Made by a program: the position numbers and the translations under genes | Notes under the pieces: generated by a model | Database searches by the model: none | What the model saw: only the letters and a program-made list of their open reading frames with translations | Told to the model about the DNA's origin: nothing | In this document: piece by piece, positions 61,471-64,000 of the stretch | How positions within the stretch are numbered: the stretch's first letter is position 1 | Layout: the number at the start of each line of letters is the position of its first letter | Assembly: GCF_964355755.1 (NCBI RefSeq) | Contig: NC_092677.1 | Span: 12,360,101 to 12,424,100, forward strand | Source: Antedon mediterranea | Taxonomy: Eukaryota > Animalia > Echinodermata | Reading direction: 5' to 3' | DNA length: 64,000 nt

Positions 61471-64000
61471 TAGAAGAAAGCATTTATGAAAAATAATATT
61501 GTTCAAAGCGCGAACATTTCTAGTAAACATACTTTTTAAATAAATAGTAAAAAATATGGATATGTTGAATTGTTTTATGTTTCTTTTGTTTTCTTCAAAT
61601 AACATACTAAACATTTAGGCAAATTTTAGGCTATTTTTTCAAATTAGCAATTGAAATGATTTGAAAACTCATGAGGTAGATTTTGCTAAGCACACTTGAG
61701 GTCACAGCAATTTACGGTGACGAGCGAGTGCAGCGAAATCATATATGTACATCCCTAATATGTTGTCAAGTTCTCCTTTAAACTATAGACTAAACTTTTA
61801 GACCTTTGGTGAAGTGAGCTTTATATTTTTTTCATTATTTCATAACCAAATTTCTTCACGCCTTCCGTTTCAATTTTGTATGTTCAGAAAAAAACCTGAA
61901 CAAAGACATGGATGTTTGCATTGAGTGAAAAGTGTTGACATTAGCGACAATCTCCAAATAATTACGCTCAGGATGTTTAGTATGTCAATATACACACTGG
62001 TCACTGACTGAGTAATTAATTGCTTCTCTTTATTTAATGAATTTCTTTTTAGTAGAAAATTTTCTTTGGTTTAAAAAAAAATTATTTACAAATTATAAAG
62101 ATGTACAAAAGCAACGAATCACTCATGTGGTGAACATTATGTAGACATTTGTGGTGATGTCAGATCGTGGGAGAATTCTAAATAAATGCCTCAATGGTCA
62201 GACATTGATTGATTATTATGTACTGCCCCCTATAGTATATTTGTTTTTATTCTGAAAGTTATATGATTGTATAAATTAGTAGTGTGAGCCCTCTATAGTT
62301 TAGCCTTTTGAAAACTTTTTCATCTTTGCAAATTCAAGACATGTATTTAAGATTTTCTTAAATTTGGAAAGGATAATTTCAAGACGATCTCAAGATTGCA
62401 GACCAAAAAATGCAAAGCGTGCCTCTCGCAATAAAGATATAGTGTTTTAAACTATTCCCTGAAGGTTTTCATGGCGAAATCAAATGTTGATATCAAGTTT
62501 GCAGTACACCACATATCATCTAGGTTTGAAAAATACTGAAAGAAGTTTTGATCAATATACTTTAATCGTCCTCAGGAGTGAAAATACATAAAGTCCAGGT
62601 CTACGAACAATAGCAAGGTCTTCTACTGTATAGCTAGTTTCAATCCCTCCCACTGTGTGAACTTGCTATTGTTTCTAGCTTTCACACCAGTCCCACTTAC
62701 GTTCTCAGTTTCCTGAACTTTCTGCATTTTCACTCCTGAGGAGGATAAAAGTATATTGATCGAAAGGTTGAGAAAACTCAACAGTTCTTTGCAGAACCAG
62801 ATGTACATGGTGTACCGCAAACTTTATATCAACAAACAATTTCCACAATGCATTTACCTAAAAACTGTTGTTTGCAATTTCGATAAACTATACTACATAT
62901 TCTGAACTTGACCTGTGTACAATTGACAATTGTTATTTATTTTAAGATCTAAACAACATTGATCTTTTTGTTATCGTCACCTGTTAGAAAAAGGAAAGAG
63001 CTAAATAAATCTTTTAATTGTATTACAAAAAGAACAAAAGTTTATTGTTCTTTTGGTCAAGGTAAACATGAATTATTTAAAAGGTTGTTAGTATGTCATG
63101 CTTTGAGCTTTAACTAATCTGTTTTTATTAACATTGTGTCTGCTGTACATTGTAATAATGAAACATTGTACAGCCTCATATATGTTTGTTTCATTGGATT
63201 TTATTATAAGTAACATATTTTTTACTTATTTATTCTTCACAAATGGAAAAAACAAAACATTTTCGATTTTTTAATTTACTTAATATTGGTAAAAAGAGAG
63301 GAATTTTGGCACACATGCTGTTTCATATTGAGCTGGTATCACGAGTGTCTCTTTTCAAGTTTTAGTGTGGCCAGCTTTGATTTGATTTTTTAAAGATCCA
63401 TTCAGTTTTGGATTCCCGGCGCAATTCCTGACCATTTGTCTAGTTTTTTCCAGTGAATCTGTTTAAATTAGCAAATATGCTTTCTAATATATTTTTCTAA
63501 AAGTTCATCTTTATTTAGATTTACTCGCCAAAAAAATTGTTTTAAGAGCGTGCCAGAAGCTGTAAGATTTTTATTATACTATTTTTGCACCTGTTTTATA
63601 TAACTGTATAAAAGCTCTATAGATATCTTATAAGATTTCCTTAATGTTGTACCTAGAACTGTGTTGCACAAAGTTAATTTAATTTTCTACATCTCAATGA
63701 ATTTTAAAGTTTCTTATCCTTAGTTTTACACATTTCATTTAACAATATAATTATAGTGATAAATTTTGTTTTTGATTTTCAAAAGATTTTAAAAATGTGT
63801 TCATATTTTTATTTGTCATTACAAATAAAGATAAAAATGAATTTTAATCAGAAAAATAGATAGCATGTTGTTTTGTTAATTGGGATTGAATATTTTGATT
63901 ATATGGTTTATCTTACCAGGGAGGTAACTCCCTGATCTTACTAAATCAAAGCGAATAGCATAGATTGGATTTGAAAACTTATAATATAACCCCCATGGGA

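Overview
AT-rich, intron-containing animal (eukaryotic) genomic DNA. An invertebrate deuterostome such as an echinoderm is my inference, not something the sequence shows directly. I reconstructed seven protein-coding genes, six by hand from GT-AG introns and one as a single ORF, and they alternate strictly in orientation: an AQP4-like aquaporin (+), an orphan gene with a degenerate bZIP/coiled-coil-like C-terminus (-), RPP40 (+), ADP/ATP translocase (-), a PM20D2-like M20D peptidase (+), dysbindin DTNBP1 (-) and a PPP1R3 glycogen-targeting subunit (+). The rest is dominated by non-autonomous mobile elements (Harbinger/Tourist-like, Tc1/mariner-like, Mutator-like, Kolobok-like, hAT-like, Helentron-like, tRNA- and 5S-derived SINEs), often nested, plus several minisatellites. 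The most notable observations are: (1) a (TA)n-embedded element that carries an internal, fully foldable tRNA-like gene with an ATC anticodon and its own Pol III terminator, arranged as direct and inverted copies; (2) an intact minimal hammerhead ribozyme, with a decayed sister copy in an RPP40 intron; (3) a PM20D2 with an intact reading frame that has lost most metal and catalytic residues; (4) a satellite array that appears to have arisen inside a MITE; (5) a dysbindin with a repeat-expanded charged tail. No CRISPR or other prokaryotic system is present.
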